64,000 nt of DNA from the NCBI RefSeq assembly GCF_963676685.1, contig NC_092349.1:63438924-63502923 (forward strand). Reading direction: 5' to 3'. The notes below the pieces were generated by a model. That model did not search any database. It worked only from the letters and a program-made list of their open reading frames with translations, and was not told where the DNA came from. Shown one piece after another: positions 1 through 12,456 of this stretch. Position 1 is the stretch's first letter; each line of letters opens with the position of its first letter. Made by a program: the position numbers and the translations under genes. Source of the DNA: Mytilus edulis. Lineage: Eukaryota.

Positions 1-577
1 AAAAAACTTCATTAGCAACATTTTATATTGGCAAATTTCCAATGAAGTTATTTACATAAAGTTATAGGCAAATAAAAATAGAAAATGACATCATAGTCAT
101 GTCTGGCAAATGTCCAACATACATTATCTAAAAACATTTTAGATAAGATAAGGAAAAAAAGCTTCATCAGCAACATTTTATATTGGCAAATTTCCAATGA
201 AGTTATTTACATAAAGTTATTGGCAAATTTCCAACATATATTATCAACTACTACTCTATACAAAGAAAGATAACTCCAATTGAAAATTAATTGCTATTAC
301 ACAATATTGTGCAATTAGATATTTCTTGCTATTGTGCAATACTGTGCAATTGAAAATTTCTTGCTATTGCACAATACTTGATATGGAATCCTGATTTGGA
401 CCAACTTGAAAACTGGACCCATAATCAAAAATCAAAGTACATGTTTAGATAAAGCATATCAAATAAGCCAAAGAATTTAATTTTTGTTAAAATCAAACTT
501 AGTTTAATTTTGGACCCCCATTTGGACCAACTTGAAAACTAGGCCAATAATTAACCAGATGCTCCGCAGGGCGTAGC

Positions 578-2305
578 TTTATACGACCGCAGAGGTTGAA
601 CCCTGAACGGTTGGGGCAAGTATGGACACAACATTCAAGCTGGATTCAGCTCTAAATTTGGATTGTGATTAAATAGTTGACACAGCATAGGTTTCTGACA
701 CAGAATGAATGTGTTCTAATGAACTTAAAATTTTTGTTTTCTCTTAGAGCAATTCACTATGCTGTTGAATATTAATCCTCTCAAAAAAATGTTTGAAGAA
801 ATTTTCTTTTTTATTTATGAAATTTCAAATGAGAAAAATTGAACCCAATTTTTTTAATCACATCCCCCTTTCCTTTATTCCAAAACTAATCTCAATTAAA
901 ATTTCTAATGGAGTTTGCAACAATAACTACTCATTTAAATACATCATAAAATATTAAGATGTAAAAAAACTGCTTGTTATCACTGAATGGTAAAGATTAT
1001 TTTAATTTATCAGTTGGTAGTAAAAAGTGAATATACATTGTATATTGTATATAACAAAGATTTAAGTTGATTCTGGACAAAGAAAGATAACTCCAATTAA
1101 AAAAAATCTTGCTATTGCACAATATTTTGCAATTAGATATTTCTTGCTTACTATTCTGGACAAAGAAAGATAACTCTAATTAAAAAAAAAATTTGCTATT
1201 TCACAATATTGTGCAATTAAATATTTCTTGCCATTGCGCAATACTGTGCAATTGAAAAGACTTGCTATTGCACAATACTTAATATAATAATTTTAGATCC
1301 TGATTTGGACCAACTTGAAAAGTGGGCCCATAATAAAAAATCTAAGAACATTTTTGGATTCAGCATATCAAAGAACCCCAAGATTTCAATTTTTGTTAAA
1401 ATCAGACTAAGTTTAATTTTGGACCCTTTGGACTTGATGGTAGACCAATTTGAAAACAGCACCAAAAATGAAGAATCTACATACACAGTAAGATTTGGTA
1501 TATCAAAGAACCCCATTTATTCAATTTTTGATGAAATCAAACAAAGTTTAATTTTGGACCCCGATTTGGACCAACTTGAAAACTGGGCCAATAATCAAGA
1601 ATCTAAGTACATTTTTAGATTCAGCATATCAAAGAACCTAACTGATTCATTTTTTGTCAAAATCAAACTAAGTTTAATTTTGGACCCTTTGGACCTTAAT
1701 GTAGACCAATTTGAAAACGGGACCAAAAGTTAAGAATCTACATACACAGTCATGACAGTTAGATTCGGCATATCAAAGAACCCCAATTATTCAATTTTGA
1801 TGAAATCAAACAAAGTTTAATTTTGGACCCTTTGGGCCCCTTATTCTGTTGGGACCAAAACTCCCAAAATCAATACAAACCTTCCTTTTATGGTCATAAA
1901 CCTTGTGTTTAAATTTCATAGATTTCTATTTACTTAAACTAAAGTTATTGTGCGAAAACCATGAATAATGCTTATTTGGGCCCTTTTTTGGCCCCTAATT
2001 CCTAAACTGTTGAAACCAAAACTCCCAAAATCAATCCCAACCGTTCTTTTGTGGTCATAAACCTTGTGTCAAAATTTCATAGATTTCTATTAACTTAAAC
2101 TAAAGTTATAGTGCGAAAACAAAGAAAATGCTTATTTGGGCCCTTTTTGGCCCCTAATTCCTAAAATGTTGGGACCAAAACTCCCAAAATCAATACCAAC
2201 CTTCCTTTTGTGGTCATAAACCTTGTGTTAAAATTTCATAGATTTCCATTCACTTTTACTAAAGTTAGAGTGCGAAAAGTTTTTCAAATTTTGCGGTCGT
2301 ATAAA
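578..2305. mobile_element. Composite non-autonomous repeat element bounded by inverted 13-mers TTTATACGACCGC (578-590) / GCGGTCGTATAAA (2293-2305); ~170-bp head (553-720) plus internal satellite arrays
   Basis: The head cagatgctccgcagggcgtagctttatacgaccgcagaggttgaaccctgaac...gtttctgacacagaatgaatgtg recurs at 4312-4480 (~90% identity). The GCGGTCGTATAAA motif recurs at 2677-2689 and 5226-5238. Confidence 0.5.
1297..1830. repeat. Tandem array of ~130-bp unit (two alternating variants forming a ~260-bp higher-order repeat: ...gatttggaccaacttgaaaactgggcc.ataatcaa.aatctaagtacatttttagattcagcatatcaaagaacc...gtttaattttggaccc)
   Basis: Direct reading shows the periodicity. Further arrays of the same unit are at 378-545, 2304-2530, 2686-2913 and 4530-5190. 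The 142-aa ORF 1305-1733 is an artefact of the repeat. Confidence 0.85.
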
Positions 2306-3210
2306 AATCTAAGTACATTTTTAAATTCAGCATATCAAAGAACCCCAAGGATTCAATTTTTGTTAAAATCAAACTAAGTTTAATTTTGGACCCTTTGGAC
2401 CTTAATGTAGACCAATTTGAAAACGGGACCAAAAATTAAGAATCTACATACATAGTTAGATTCGGCATATCAAAGAACCCCAATTATTCAATTTTTGATG
2501 AAATCACACAAAGTTCAATTTTGGACCCTTTGGGCCCCTTATTCCTAAACTGTTGGAACCAAAACTCCCAAAATCAAACCCAACCTTCCTTTTGTGGTCA
2601 TAAACCTTGTGTTAAAATTTCATAGATTTCCATTCACTTTTACTAAAGTTAGAGTGCGAAAAGTTTTTCAAATTTTGCGGTCGTATAAAAATCTAAGTAC
2701 ATTTTTAAATTCAGCATATCAAAGAACCCCAAGGATTCAATTTTTGTTAAAATCAAACTAAGTTTAATTTTGGACCCTTTGGACCTTAATGTAGACCAAT
2801 TTGAAAACGGGACCAAAAATTAAGAATCTACATACATAGTTAGATTCGGCATATCAAAGAACCCCAATTATTCAATTTTTGATGAAATCACACAAAGTTC
2901 AATTTTGGACCCTTTGGGCCCCTTATTCCTAAACTGTTGGAACCAAAACTCCCAAAATCAAACCCAACCTTCCTTTTATGGTCATAAACCTTGTGTTTAA
3001 ATTTCATAGATTTCTATTTACTTATACTAAAGTTATGGTGCCAAAAATAATGCTTATTTGGGCCCCTTTTTGGCCCCTAATTCATAAACTGTTGTGACCT
3101 CAACTCCAAAAATCAATCCCAAGATTTTGGGAGTTTTGGTCCCAACATTTTAGGAATTTGGGGCCATATTCATTGATTTCTATTCACTTTTACTAAAGTT
3201 AGAGTGCGAA
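1831..3210. repeat. Interleaved arrays of a second ~150-bp unit (gggccc.ttttggcccctaattcctaaactgttg..accaaaactcccaaaatcaa.cc.aacc.tcctttt.tggtcataaaccttgtgt.aaatttcatagatttc.att.actt.aactaaagtta.agtgcgaaaa) alternating with the 130-bp unit; junctions contain ttttgcggtcgtataaaa
   Basis: Copies lie at 1831-2283 (x3), 2531-2665 and 2914-3210. An internal hairpin actccaaaaatcaatcccaagattttgggagtt is at ~3100-3135. Confidence 0.8.
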
Positions 3211-3224
3211 AACTAAAAGTATTC

Positions 3225-3258
3225 GGACGACGACGACGCAGGACGACGACGACGACGC
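3225..3258. repeat. (GACGAC)n microsatellite
   Basis: Sequence ggacgacgacgacgcaggacgacgacgacgacgcc. Confidence 0.9.
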
Positions 3259-3445
3259 CAACGTGATAGCAGTATACGACCAAAAAATTAAAATTTTTGC
3301 GGTCGTATAAAAAGCATAGGCCATTTTCTGTGTTAACTTAAAATAATTTTGTTGAACAGTTTTGATATAGATACAGACATCCAATCATAAAACAAAAAGA
3401 AAACACGTGATATAAATACTTAATAGTGTTCACAGTTCAACTTAC

Positions 3446-3571
3446 AGCATCTTTATCAATGAATGATTCTGTTGCTCGTAGAATAACACCTTCATCTTCT
3501 CCCAGTACATAGACATTCTGGATTCCTCTCTCAAATCGTTCTCCGGGTAACAAAAAGAAGGAACACTCACC
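3446..3571 (-). CDS. MVP: Major vault protein, coding exon 6; gene continues 3' beyond window start
   Basis: Translation [42 protein letters not shown] (cf. human [33 protein letters not shown]). The acceptor is ttttatag. The donor GTAAGT is the revcomp of 3440-3445. No further MVP exon was recognised in 1-3445, which is occupied by repeat arrays. Confidence 0.8.
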
Positions 3572-4173
3572 CTATAAAAATACAATTATATAAAATGAGA
3601 ATAATTATATACTCGGGGAATAAGAAAGATGCCTTCAATGAAAACGTTAAAGTTAAGTTAAAGATCAGCTTTCAGCTGTTGAGTTGTATTGACATTGAGA
3701 GAAAAAAGAATGTTTTCTGTAAAATACACAATGTAAAGAATTCTGATCCGAACGCCGACTTATTAATTGACATTTCACCGTTTCAGAATCTAATGCACCC
3801 TGAGTAATATTTTCCAAAGTGTACGCCAGAAACGTCGTGATTGGTTAAAAATGTCATTAACAATGGAAATTCAACCAATGACGTGACGCTATTTTCATTT
3901 TGGGTACGAACAATGAAATTACCCATGATTCTTTAGATTTTGAAACGGCCAATTACTAAGTACTCTTTTAGAGATGGTGCAATAGGAAATACACCGTACA
4001 TATGACATAATAACAGGGCGTTTTCGTCACTGTTCAAAATACTTTATTCACATAAGCTTGTTGCATGCCAATTTATTAATATAAACTTGGTATATACTAT
4101 GCAACAGCATACATTGATGAAACTTAGTTATACAGAATATTATCTATGCTAATTCATCTAACATTGTATTTAC

Positions 4174-4284
4174 CTTAACTAATTTCTTTCTACCCAGCTG
4201 AAGTCTGCCATGTTCATCGGAAGGGTCAAGAATGATACAATATTGTCTTGAGGTAAGTGTGGTGATGTTGATGACTCCAACAAC
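4174..4284 (-). CDS. MVP: Major vault protein, coding exon 5
   Basis: Translation [37 protein letters not shown] (cf. human [37 protein letters not shown]). The acceptor is tttgatttcag and the donor GTAAAT. Intron 4 (4285-5614) is filled by a composite repeat element. Confidence 0.85.
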
Positions 4285-4336
4285 CTGAAATCAAACCGTA
4301 AGTATATTACAAACCAGATGCTCCGCAGGCCGCAGC

Positions 4337-5238
4337 TTTATACGACCGCAGAGTTTGAACCCTGAACATTTGGGCAAGTATGGACACAACATTCAAACTT
4401 GATACAGCTCTGAATTTGGATTGTGATTAAAAAGTTAACACAACACAGGTTTCTGACACATAATGAATGTGGTTTAAGAACTTAAACTTAAAAACTTTAA
4501 ATTTTAAATTGTACATTACCTATTATGGTCCAATATCCAAATTCTAAATACATGGTTAGATTAAGCATATCAAAGAACCCCAAGAATTCAATTTTTGATG
4601 AAATCAAATAAAGTTCAATTTTGGACCCTTTACACCTCAATGTGGACCAATTTGATAACCGGACCAAAACATCAAAAATCTAAACATGGTTAGATTAAGC
4701 ATATATCAAAGAACCCTAATATAGACAATTTTTGTTGAAATCAAACAAAGTTTAATTTTGGACCCCAATTTGGACCAACCTGAAAACTGGGCCTATAATC
4801 AAAAATCTAAATACATGTTTAGATTCAGCATATCAAAGAACCCCAAGGATTCAAAATCTAAATACATGTTTAGATTCAGCATATCAAAGAACCCCAAGGA
4901 TTCATTTTTTGTTGATATCAAACAAAGTTTAATTTTGGACCCCGATTTGGTCCAACTTGAAAAATTGGGCCAATAGTAAAAAATATACGTAAATGTTTAG
5001 ATTCAGCACATCAAAGAACCCCAAGGATTCAATTTTTGTTAAAATCAAACTTAGTTTAATTTTGGACCCTTTGGACCTTAATGTAGACCAATTTGAAAAC
5101 GGGACCAAAAATTAATAATCTACATACACAGTTAGATTCGGCATATCAAAGAACCCCAATTATTAAATTTTTGAAGAAATCAAACAGCTTGATACCAATA
5201 TACGACCAAAACATTTTCAATTTTAGCGGTCGTATAAA
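4337..5238. mobile_element. Second copy of the composite element (head 4312-4480, ~130-bp array 4530-5190, terminal hairpin 5209-5237) inside MVP intron 4
   Basis: TTTATACGACCGC lies at 4337-4349. The terminal hairpin is tatacgacc(20 nt)ggtcgtata with GCGGTCGTATAAA at 5226-5238. A solo hairpin of the same type sits at 3273-3309. Confidence 0.5.
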
Positions 5239-5614
5239 AATTGGAAACTGTTTTTCAACCACCGCAACATTAACATTTCTTTTCAGTAGGCGTTAAGTTT
5301 CAAAAACAATGGCAATTACTTAAGTATTGGTCCATTGCTGCATTGTTTGAACAGAACTTAAGCGAATCTGAGCTGTACTCAAATTGAATATTATCATAAC
5401 TTGTAAAATGAAACTCGGAAGAGTGCATGAGTATGAACTGCACTGAGTCAGAATCATATTTTGTTGATTAAAAGTGAAATAGAAAGGAAGTAAGGAAAGG
5501 ATTTGAAGAAATCAAAGTGAAGATGTGTTCCCCAGACACGTTTTTCTTTTATTCATAAAAGGAAAACAATAAGTGTTTATTCCATATTTCATTCCCTGTT
5601 ACATCAGTACATAC

Positions 5615-5740
5615 CTCTTCATACACATTAGGTATGTGTGTTTCTGTGTCTGTCATTTTGATCAACCATTCCTCTCCATTCTTTCTTGTTACACCAAAGT
5701 CGTCTTTAAATGTTCTCAATGATATCATATGGAGGGCTTT
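5615..5740 (-). CDS. MVP: Major vault protein, coding exon 4
   Basis: Translation KALHMISLRTFKDDFGVTRKNGEEWLIKMTDTETHIPNVYEE (cf. human [42 protein letters not shown]). The acceptor tcttgcag is the revcomp of 5741-5748. The donor GTATGT is the revcomp of 5609-5614. Confidence 0.85.
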
Positions 5741-6130
5741 CTGCAAGATAACAAATTAGATTGATTGTTGGTTGCTTAACGTCCAGTGGCAAATGAACAA
5801 ATAAGATGATAATGTCTTGTCTAATTACGTTGTACATTACTAGTATTTGAAAGGTGAATAATATGACCAGATAACTCTAAGAAATATTTTTAAAATTGTT
5901 TGTTCCTATTATGCTACGTTTTCTTTCTCTATTTTATATAACGTTTTTATGGTGTACTAGTTTATCATCTATTTATTCCTCCGCAAATTTAAATAAACAT
6001 GCAAAATATTTTTTAAATACGAAAATTCAAACGATCGCATCAACAAAAGAAACACGAAACATGCACCAATAGATCAACGATCAATTTATCTTCTTTTTAT
6101 CGTCATTCCACTGATTGGAACTATATTTAC

Positions 6131-6481
6131 CTTATCTGTTAGAACATAGGCGTTGACAACATCTACAACTTCTTCATAGGCTCCTGGGAGATAAGCTCCG
6201 GTCTTCTTCACCAGCCATTCCTCACCGGTTACCCTAGCAACACCTTGTCTATCAATAGTCTCCTTCCTAGCCCTCAATCTAATGGCCTGGTTAGGTCTAA
6301 TGACTGTGGCTCTGACAGTCTCCTCAATAACAACCTCTTTCCTTGGGATATATGTTCCTGGTCCTTCAAATAGCCACTCATCCCCAGCTGTTCTCTTTTC
6401 TTCATCATCGTCTTCAAAGTCTAGAATAGCTCTGAGCCGAAGAGCGGAGTTGGCTGCTACCACCTTCAGGGAGGTTACAAC
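6131..6481 (-). CDS. MVP: Major vault protein, coding exon 3 (vault repeat domains)
   Basis: Translation [117 protein letters not shown] contains the hallmark MVP repeat motifs ([31 protein letters not shown]). The exon is 351 nt, phase 0. The acceptor is cgtag and the donor GTAAAT (revcomp of 6125-6130). Confidence 0.9.
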
Positions 6482-7392
6482 CTACGAACAAATGAGAAAT
6501 TCAAATCGGCTGCTACCTAATATCAAGGGTTTCCACCTTTAATCCACAATGGTGAAAATCAAATAAAATGCTACCATTTTAAATGGTGGTATACTTATCA
6601 TCAATTAAATTAGCTCCTAATACTTTTTACTACCAATAAACAACAAAGAAGATGCCGAAACCAGCTGCAACTACAGTCATGGCAGGGCTACAACAAATAA
6701 GTGAGATAACTCAAACTCAGGTGCTACTACAGTTTAGGGAGGGTTACAACCAATTAACAACACTTGGAAGGTCAAATCAAATCAGTTGCGTATAGAACAG
6801 CTTCAACCTTCAAGCAACGAGGGAGGAAATCAAATATGTAGCTACCACTGTCAGGGGACGGTTGAAACCAATAAACAACAATTAAATGAAAAAAAAAATC
6901 AACTGCTTTTAAGTAAGCTACAACCTCTAAACAACAAGGGAGGGAATCAAATTATCTGCTACCACTGACAGAAGGGATGGTTAAGACCAGTAACCAACAC
7001 TTAAAAGGAGAAAAAGCAAATCGGTCACTGCCACTTATGGGTTACAACGAATAAGTCATCCGTGGATGTTATATCATTGAAAGTCAATAAGTGATCAATA
7101 TAACATTTTTTCCTTAACTTCATTATGTATTATTGAAAAAATTAGATTATTTCATGCAATCGATAAGTCGTAAATCTGTAGGTAATAACGCATACAATCC
7201 CTGATTACTTATACATTACTGGATTTACTGGCTAGATGCTCAAAATAATTGTTTACTGGGAAATCGTGCCTAGAAGCTGAAATCAAAACAACTCATATAT
7301 TTTTGACAAGTAATAATGAATTAAATATTGTAACTACTTTGTTCTGTTCATTGTTATATCAAAACTTGAACCTATAGCCACGAATATCATAC

Positions 7393-7588
7393 CTGTTTCA
7401 GTATTTCCCCAGGGTACAGTGGGAAAGGATCCTGTGCCAATCTAATCTCCTGGTCAGCATGTACAAGTTTGGCCTGTCCACTTTCGTCAAAGACAACTTT
7501 ACATTCTTTGTCCTTTAGTACAGGGTTTTCTACGATACAATAATGCCTTGGGGGCACTGTGATCATACGCTCTGGTCCATATACCACT
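7393..7588 (-). CDS. MVP: Major vault protein, coding exon 2
   Basis: The exon joins exon 1 in phase 2 (aa+a = K) and reads [65 protein letters not shown] (cf. human [11 protein letters not shown]...[18 protein letters not shown]). The acceptor tttacag is the revcomp of 7589-7595. The donor GTATGA is the revcomp of 7387-7392. Confidence 0.85.
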
Positions 7589-7981
7589 CTGTAAATATCA
7601 ATGCGCAATATTTGTATCCAGCTTATTACGGTATTGACTTTTAAGAATATATCCTGTCAGATTAATATCTGGTTGAACATGGTCTGGCCTATCTGACAAA
7701 TGAAATGCAAGAAAATCTTGTCATTCCAAAACTTGTTACTAACTAGTATATTTAGTTGTCAGTTCTATGATATTCTAAAAATAAATAGTTTCATATAACA
7801 TTGGGTAATTTTCACTTCAAGTGTACTCTGCCTTTTGGTGTAAACAAAAATCCATAATACTTTTTTCTTTTCTTTTTAAGGTTGTTCTTCTGATGGAATA
7901 GTGTGGGGATTATATGCACCAGAAAATTTATCTAGGCAGACATTCTACTCACGGGAATAAAAAGGCTATAGTTATACTTAC

Positions 7982-8112
7982 TTTTCATTGTCTTGTCTGA
8001 CAAATGTCTGTGGACCAATCTCAAGTCTTGTTACATTGAGGTTCTGGTCTAGAACATGGAGGTAAAAATAAGGAGGGATTCTGTATAGTGATTCGTCTCC
8101 CCGTCTTGACAT
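7982..8112 (-). CDS. MVP: Major vault protein, first coding exon (ATG = revcomp of 8110-8112)
   Basis: Minus-strand translation [43 protein letters not shown] aligns with the N-terminus of vertebrate MVP as I recall it (..[34 protein letters not shown]). The donor GTAAGT is the revcomp of 7976-7981. An acceptor-like tattatttcag lies ~20 nt 5' of the ATG (around 8135), suggesting a separate upstream 5'UTR exon. Confidence 0.85.
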
Positions 8113-8269
8113 GGTGGATGAGGGTCTGTTTAGCTCTGAAATAATAAAAGTTCATTTTAAATTATTGATTTAAAATTCTCGAAGTCTTGTTAACTTCTGA
8201 GCAGAAATTAATAATTTCATAAAGTTTATTTTTAAAAAGTAAAATCACAAAAATACTGAACTTAGAGGA

Positions 8270-8460
8270 AAATCAATTCGGAAAGTCCATAATCACATCA
8301 AAATCATATAACAATACACATCAAAAACGAATGGACAAGAACTGTCATATTCCTGACTTGGTACAGACATTTTCACATTTAGAAAATGGTGGATTAAACC
8401 TGGTTTTATAGCGATAACCCTCTCACTTTGATGACAGTCTCATCAAATTCCGTTATATAT
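8270..8460. repeat. Dispersed repeat family copy (other copies 25330-25650 in opposite orientation, 43115-43270) within 350 bp upstream of MVP ATG
   Basis: aactgtcatattcctgacttggtacagacattttcacatttagaaaatggtggatt (8340-) is the revcomp of ...aatccaccattttctacatttgaaaatgcctgtaccaagtcaggaatatgacagtt (25480-25540). The 25xxx copy ends in a nested hairpin gtcgagcctgcaacttttgttgcaggaagctcgac (25617-25650). Confidence 0.6.
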
Positions 8461-11400
8461 TACATTGATGCGTTAACTAAACAGACACAAAAAATAAAAT
8501 GGTCAGAATATGGGTACATTATTCATCATCGTATAACAATTTTAAAAGGAACAATTTAACACAACACAAAAACATCTATCTACAAACACATTCATTGATT
8601 TGTGTGTCTGACGTCAGAAAATTTTATACGTTGCATAGATTTGTCGTTCAATGTGCATACAAACAATTTTAAAATTTACATAGGCAATGTTAGCATACAG
8701 GGTTAAAAAATCAAAAGTATGTAAGAATAAATTTCAGAAATAGACCGAGATTTAAAATAGTTCAAAAGTTATATAATAGAATTTATAAGAATCCACAAAT
8801 AGTTCATTCCACTACGCGATTGAATGATTTTGACGTTTGTGGTTCAACGTATTTTGAAATTCATAATAGAAATATATCATATTAATGACATAAAATAGAA
8901 CACTATCAGACTTGACGGGATCTCTTAAAGTACAGAGTCACGTTATAAGAACCAAAGAAATACATATGCAATTTTTTTTATAATTAATTTTTTTTGGGGG
9001 GGGGGGGGGGATTGGTAAAAACGACAAACCGTAAGATGCATAGTAAGGTATGACAACTTTGGAAAAGCCAGTTTTCCAAGCACAAAATATGTTACTAGAT
9101 AGACCCCCCCCCCCTTGAAACCATCCACCTACCAATGGAGCAATCTCGTATACAACCATCCGGTATCAAGAAAATGTATTAACCTGTTAAGCCTCAATTG
9201 CAATTAGTGATATTTTCCCTCAAATCCACAATTATGATTTTCAGCAAAGTAAATCCACATCCCGTTAAGATTGATGGATTGCTCTTTACGTATCGTCCAG
9301 TGACAGATAGTTCATGCATGTTTGTGCAAAATCACATTTGGAGGAAGTGATTTAAAATATTGGATTTGTGAAATTGAAGGTTTCTTAGGAATTCTCACTG
9401 TTACATGTATGTGCATTGATTGGTTGTCGGATATGAGGAAATTAAATATTCAATTGAAGGAAGGAAGACGTGTCTTTAGAACCCATTTAGTAAGGATGAC
9501 TTAATATGAGTGGCGTGTTGAAAAGTGCATTTATCAAAATGTGAGATTTTCAATAAAATTAAAAGTTATTGCACAACACAAAATGTCGTCTCATCGATAG
9601 TGTGTGTCGTAACAAGTTGGTTGAATATTACATTCAGCAAAAATTAAGTAAATACAAAGACAAGTCGCAAATCTACAATAATACGGTTTATACTTGTCTT
9701 ATGTACGTATTTAAATCTGTATAATATCGTACCTGAATAAATCTTTACCTACATCTTCATTTATCATGTTTATAATATTTTACTTACCTTATTTATTCAA
9801 TTTACTGCTTGAAACTTAAAAACAAGATCTAAATATAGGAATGACCGACAAATATTCTTACCTGGATAAAAAAAATGCTGACGGTATTGGCTATACCCTA
9901 GCTATGTTGGCTGGATACAAGCCAAACAATTAGATCAATATAAATGTATTAATATACGTGTTCATAACCACTCAGGTGTTTAATTGTTTACATTTAAAGT
10001 ACTTTCAAATTTAACATTTTTCACATTGTTTAAACGAGGAAGTTGCGTTGGTTCTGCATTGATTTAAAAGATACATTGCACGCCCCTGTTTAACATAAAT
10101 TGAAAGTAAATAGTAGATGTATAGTAAATAAGATTACGATAACTGAATAGCATATGTTGTTTTTACCTTATTTAGACAGACATGTGTACCCGGTCATGAC
10201 CAGGCATGACCAAAGACTTTAAGTAATGTTCTAATGTTTCATTCCTTTAATTTTCTGCACATTTTTTTCAATCAGCATTTTAATTTTACTCTGTACATTT
10301 TTAGCAAACCCATTCATTGCAAACCACTCTGGGCCCTTACATTATATACATATATACCCAACAATTACACCCATTACAATATCGAAACACGTTATAAGGG
10401 TTTTATTGAAGAAAAAATTACAGCGAACATGTACATTTCAATTACATACTATATAACTTTTCAATCAACTATAGAGTGTGCTAATCTTCAATGAATATTT
10501 TATCTAGTATCGGTAGGTTATTTAACTCTCGATTTATCTAATAATGTATACTTGTGTATATATATATTTAATCAATAAGATGAGAAATAAGCAAAAATCC
10601 ATAGGATATATTATAGTTACTAAACCTTACCTTTTCAATCAGAGCTGCACGAAGAATAGTCTTATCAAAATAGAAATCTCGAATTAAGTAAATGTTGATT
10701 GAGATTTGCTGACTGTTAGAGTGGTGCAATCGAAAGAAATAGAGTAAAGGCTAAAAATAGAAACTGGGGATTTCACAACCGGATACAAATAATATATATG
10801 CGTCACAATGTTTATTTCAAATGTGAGTTTTACAGTGCTTTTTGTCTCGCCTGGGACGAAATTCTCAGTGTCACTGTGAGATACAAGTGGAATTTACTAT
10901 TTATTTCCTGCGGTGCCGTCTTCACAGCCTGAACTATGTGTTTCAAGCTTAACTTGTTTCAAATGATGTGCTTCAATTATAAATTAAGTGAGGGCTATTC
11001 GCCTCAAAATTTTACTATCCAAATTGAATTTTTCTCATGTTTAAGAAAATCAAAAACTTTATTTAAAAAACGACAATGAAGGTTTATACAATATATTTGG
11101 GAAAACTCTCTGATGAGAATTATATCAATATTATAAATACGGATTTAAGTTAAAAACTAACAGAAAATACATTAATTTTGATCGCCTATTTCACCCTGCT
11201 CATAAGAGGGAGGAGGGCATTTTTACATTTGTTGTTAACTGTTCAACGGACCCTCTATTGCCTCCCCTCTTATATCAGCGATGTGTGAGGGAACGTATTC
11301 AAATTTATTTACTTTTATCAAGTATAAAACTGTCTAATGGGAGGGTGAAATACTAGTAATAATAGACCAATAAACAGATAATAGGGTTTTCATCATGATA

Positions 11401-11799
11401 TGTACCGTAAAATAGTAGCTGTGAAGTTCAATCACCAAATATAAACCAAAATAAAAAGATTTTCCTTTATGCAATATAGAGGCGGAAGATTAATTCCATT
11501 TTGTCATAATGTGTGCACAACTCAGAACGAAAAAGTTTATAGATATTTCTTATACTCTAGTTTTAATTCAATAGTGTCAAGCTATCCAGCAATTCTCATC
11601 CAGATATTCTCTTTATAAAAAGTTATCCTGCAATTGTGTTTGGAATACTACTTGAACGACAATTTTTTTTCCCTTCATAACTCATAGTTTTTGACTATTT
11701 TTGTTGAAAGAACGAATAATAAAGACTAGTTTCTCAATTGTTTGTAAAACAATTGAAAGGTCTTTCCTGTAAAAGTGATGTTTTCTTATTGTACTTTGT

Positions 11800-12330
11800 A
11801 CGACCTTTCGTTTGATATACGACAAGCATACCTTCTGAAACTTTTACACTTAATGACCTCATCCGCCTACATTTTTGAGATCGGAATTATGATGTATGGA
11901 ACAGAGTAGATGAGCTTTCATTTGATAGGTGACAACACCATGTTCTAGAAAGTTTGATTTTTGCACTTAATTACCCTATCCAACTAATTTTTGGAGGTCG
12001 GGAATTTGATATTTCAAATGTACACATCATGACCTATCATTTGATATACAACCCTATCTTAAAAGAACATTTATTTTTTGCACTCAATGACCCCATCCAA
12101 CCCATTTTTGGAAGACGTCAATTTGAAATTTGAAATGTACGCTTTATGTTCTTTCATTTGATATGCGACAACCTTACTATCTGAGAAATTTGAATGTTTT
12201 GCACTAAATGACCCCACCCGTCCCCCTGGGATGAAAAGGGGGTTTAAAATTTTCATTTTTAAGTAGAGTTTATTAAGACCTTCAATTTGATATATCAGAT
12301 GACCCCATTTGACAAAGTGCAAATAATGAT
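11800..12330. repeat. ~125-bp tandem repeat x ~4 (..tttgcact.aatgacc.catcc...tttgatat.cgaca...)
   Basis: Direct reading shows four successive similar units. Confidence 0.7.
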
Positions 12331-12456
12331 GCAATATCAACTATATAAATAGAAGTTATGAAACTTACAAAGTCTATGCAAAACTTGAAAATTTCAAATT
12401 GATTTTTTGATGTTTTTTTTCCATGGAATGTTTTTGGTATTTGGTAAAACATATAA

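Noticed and set aside
1305-1733. 142-aa ORF and similar ORFs at 4758-4976, 45335-45568, 53660-53920, 53720-53938, 40226-40444
   Set aside because: These translations are of tandem repeats (periodic peptide sequence), not genes.
6282-6542. 86-aa plus-strand ORF
   Set aside because: It is antisense to MVP coding exon 3. The minus-strand reading has strong homology; this one has none.
7387-7608. ORF-track 'M' start at 7608 (and similar first residues elsewhere)
   Set aside because: The codon is TTG, not ATG. The ORF track uses alternative starts, so ORF boundaries were not taken as translation starts. The MVP exon begins at the splice acceptor at 7588.
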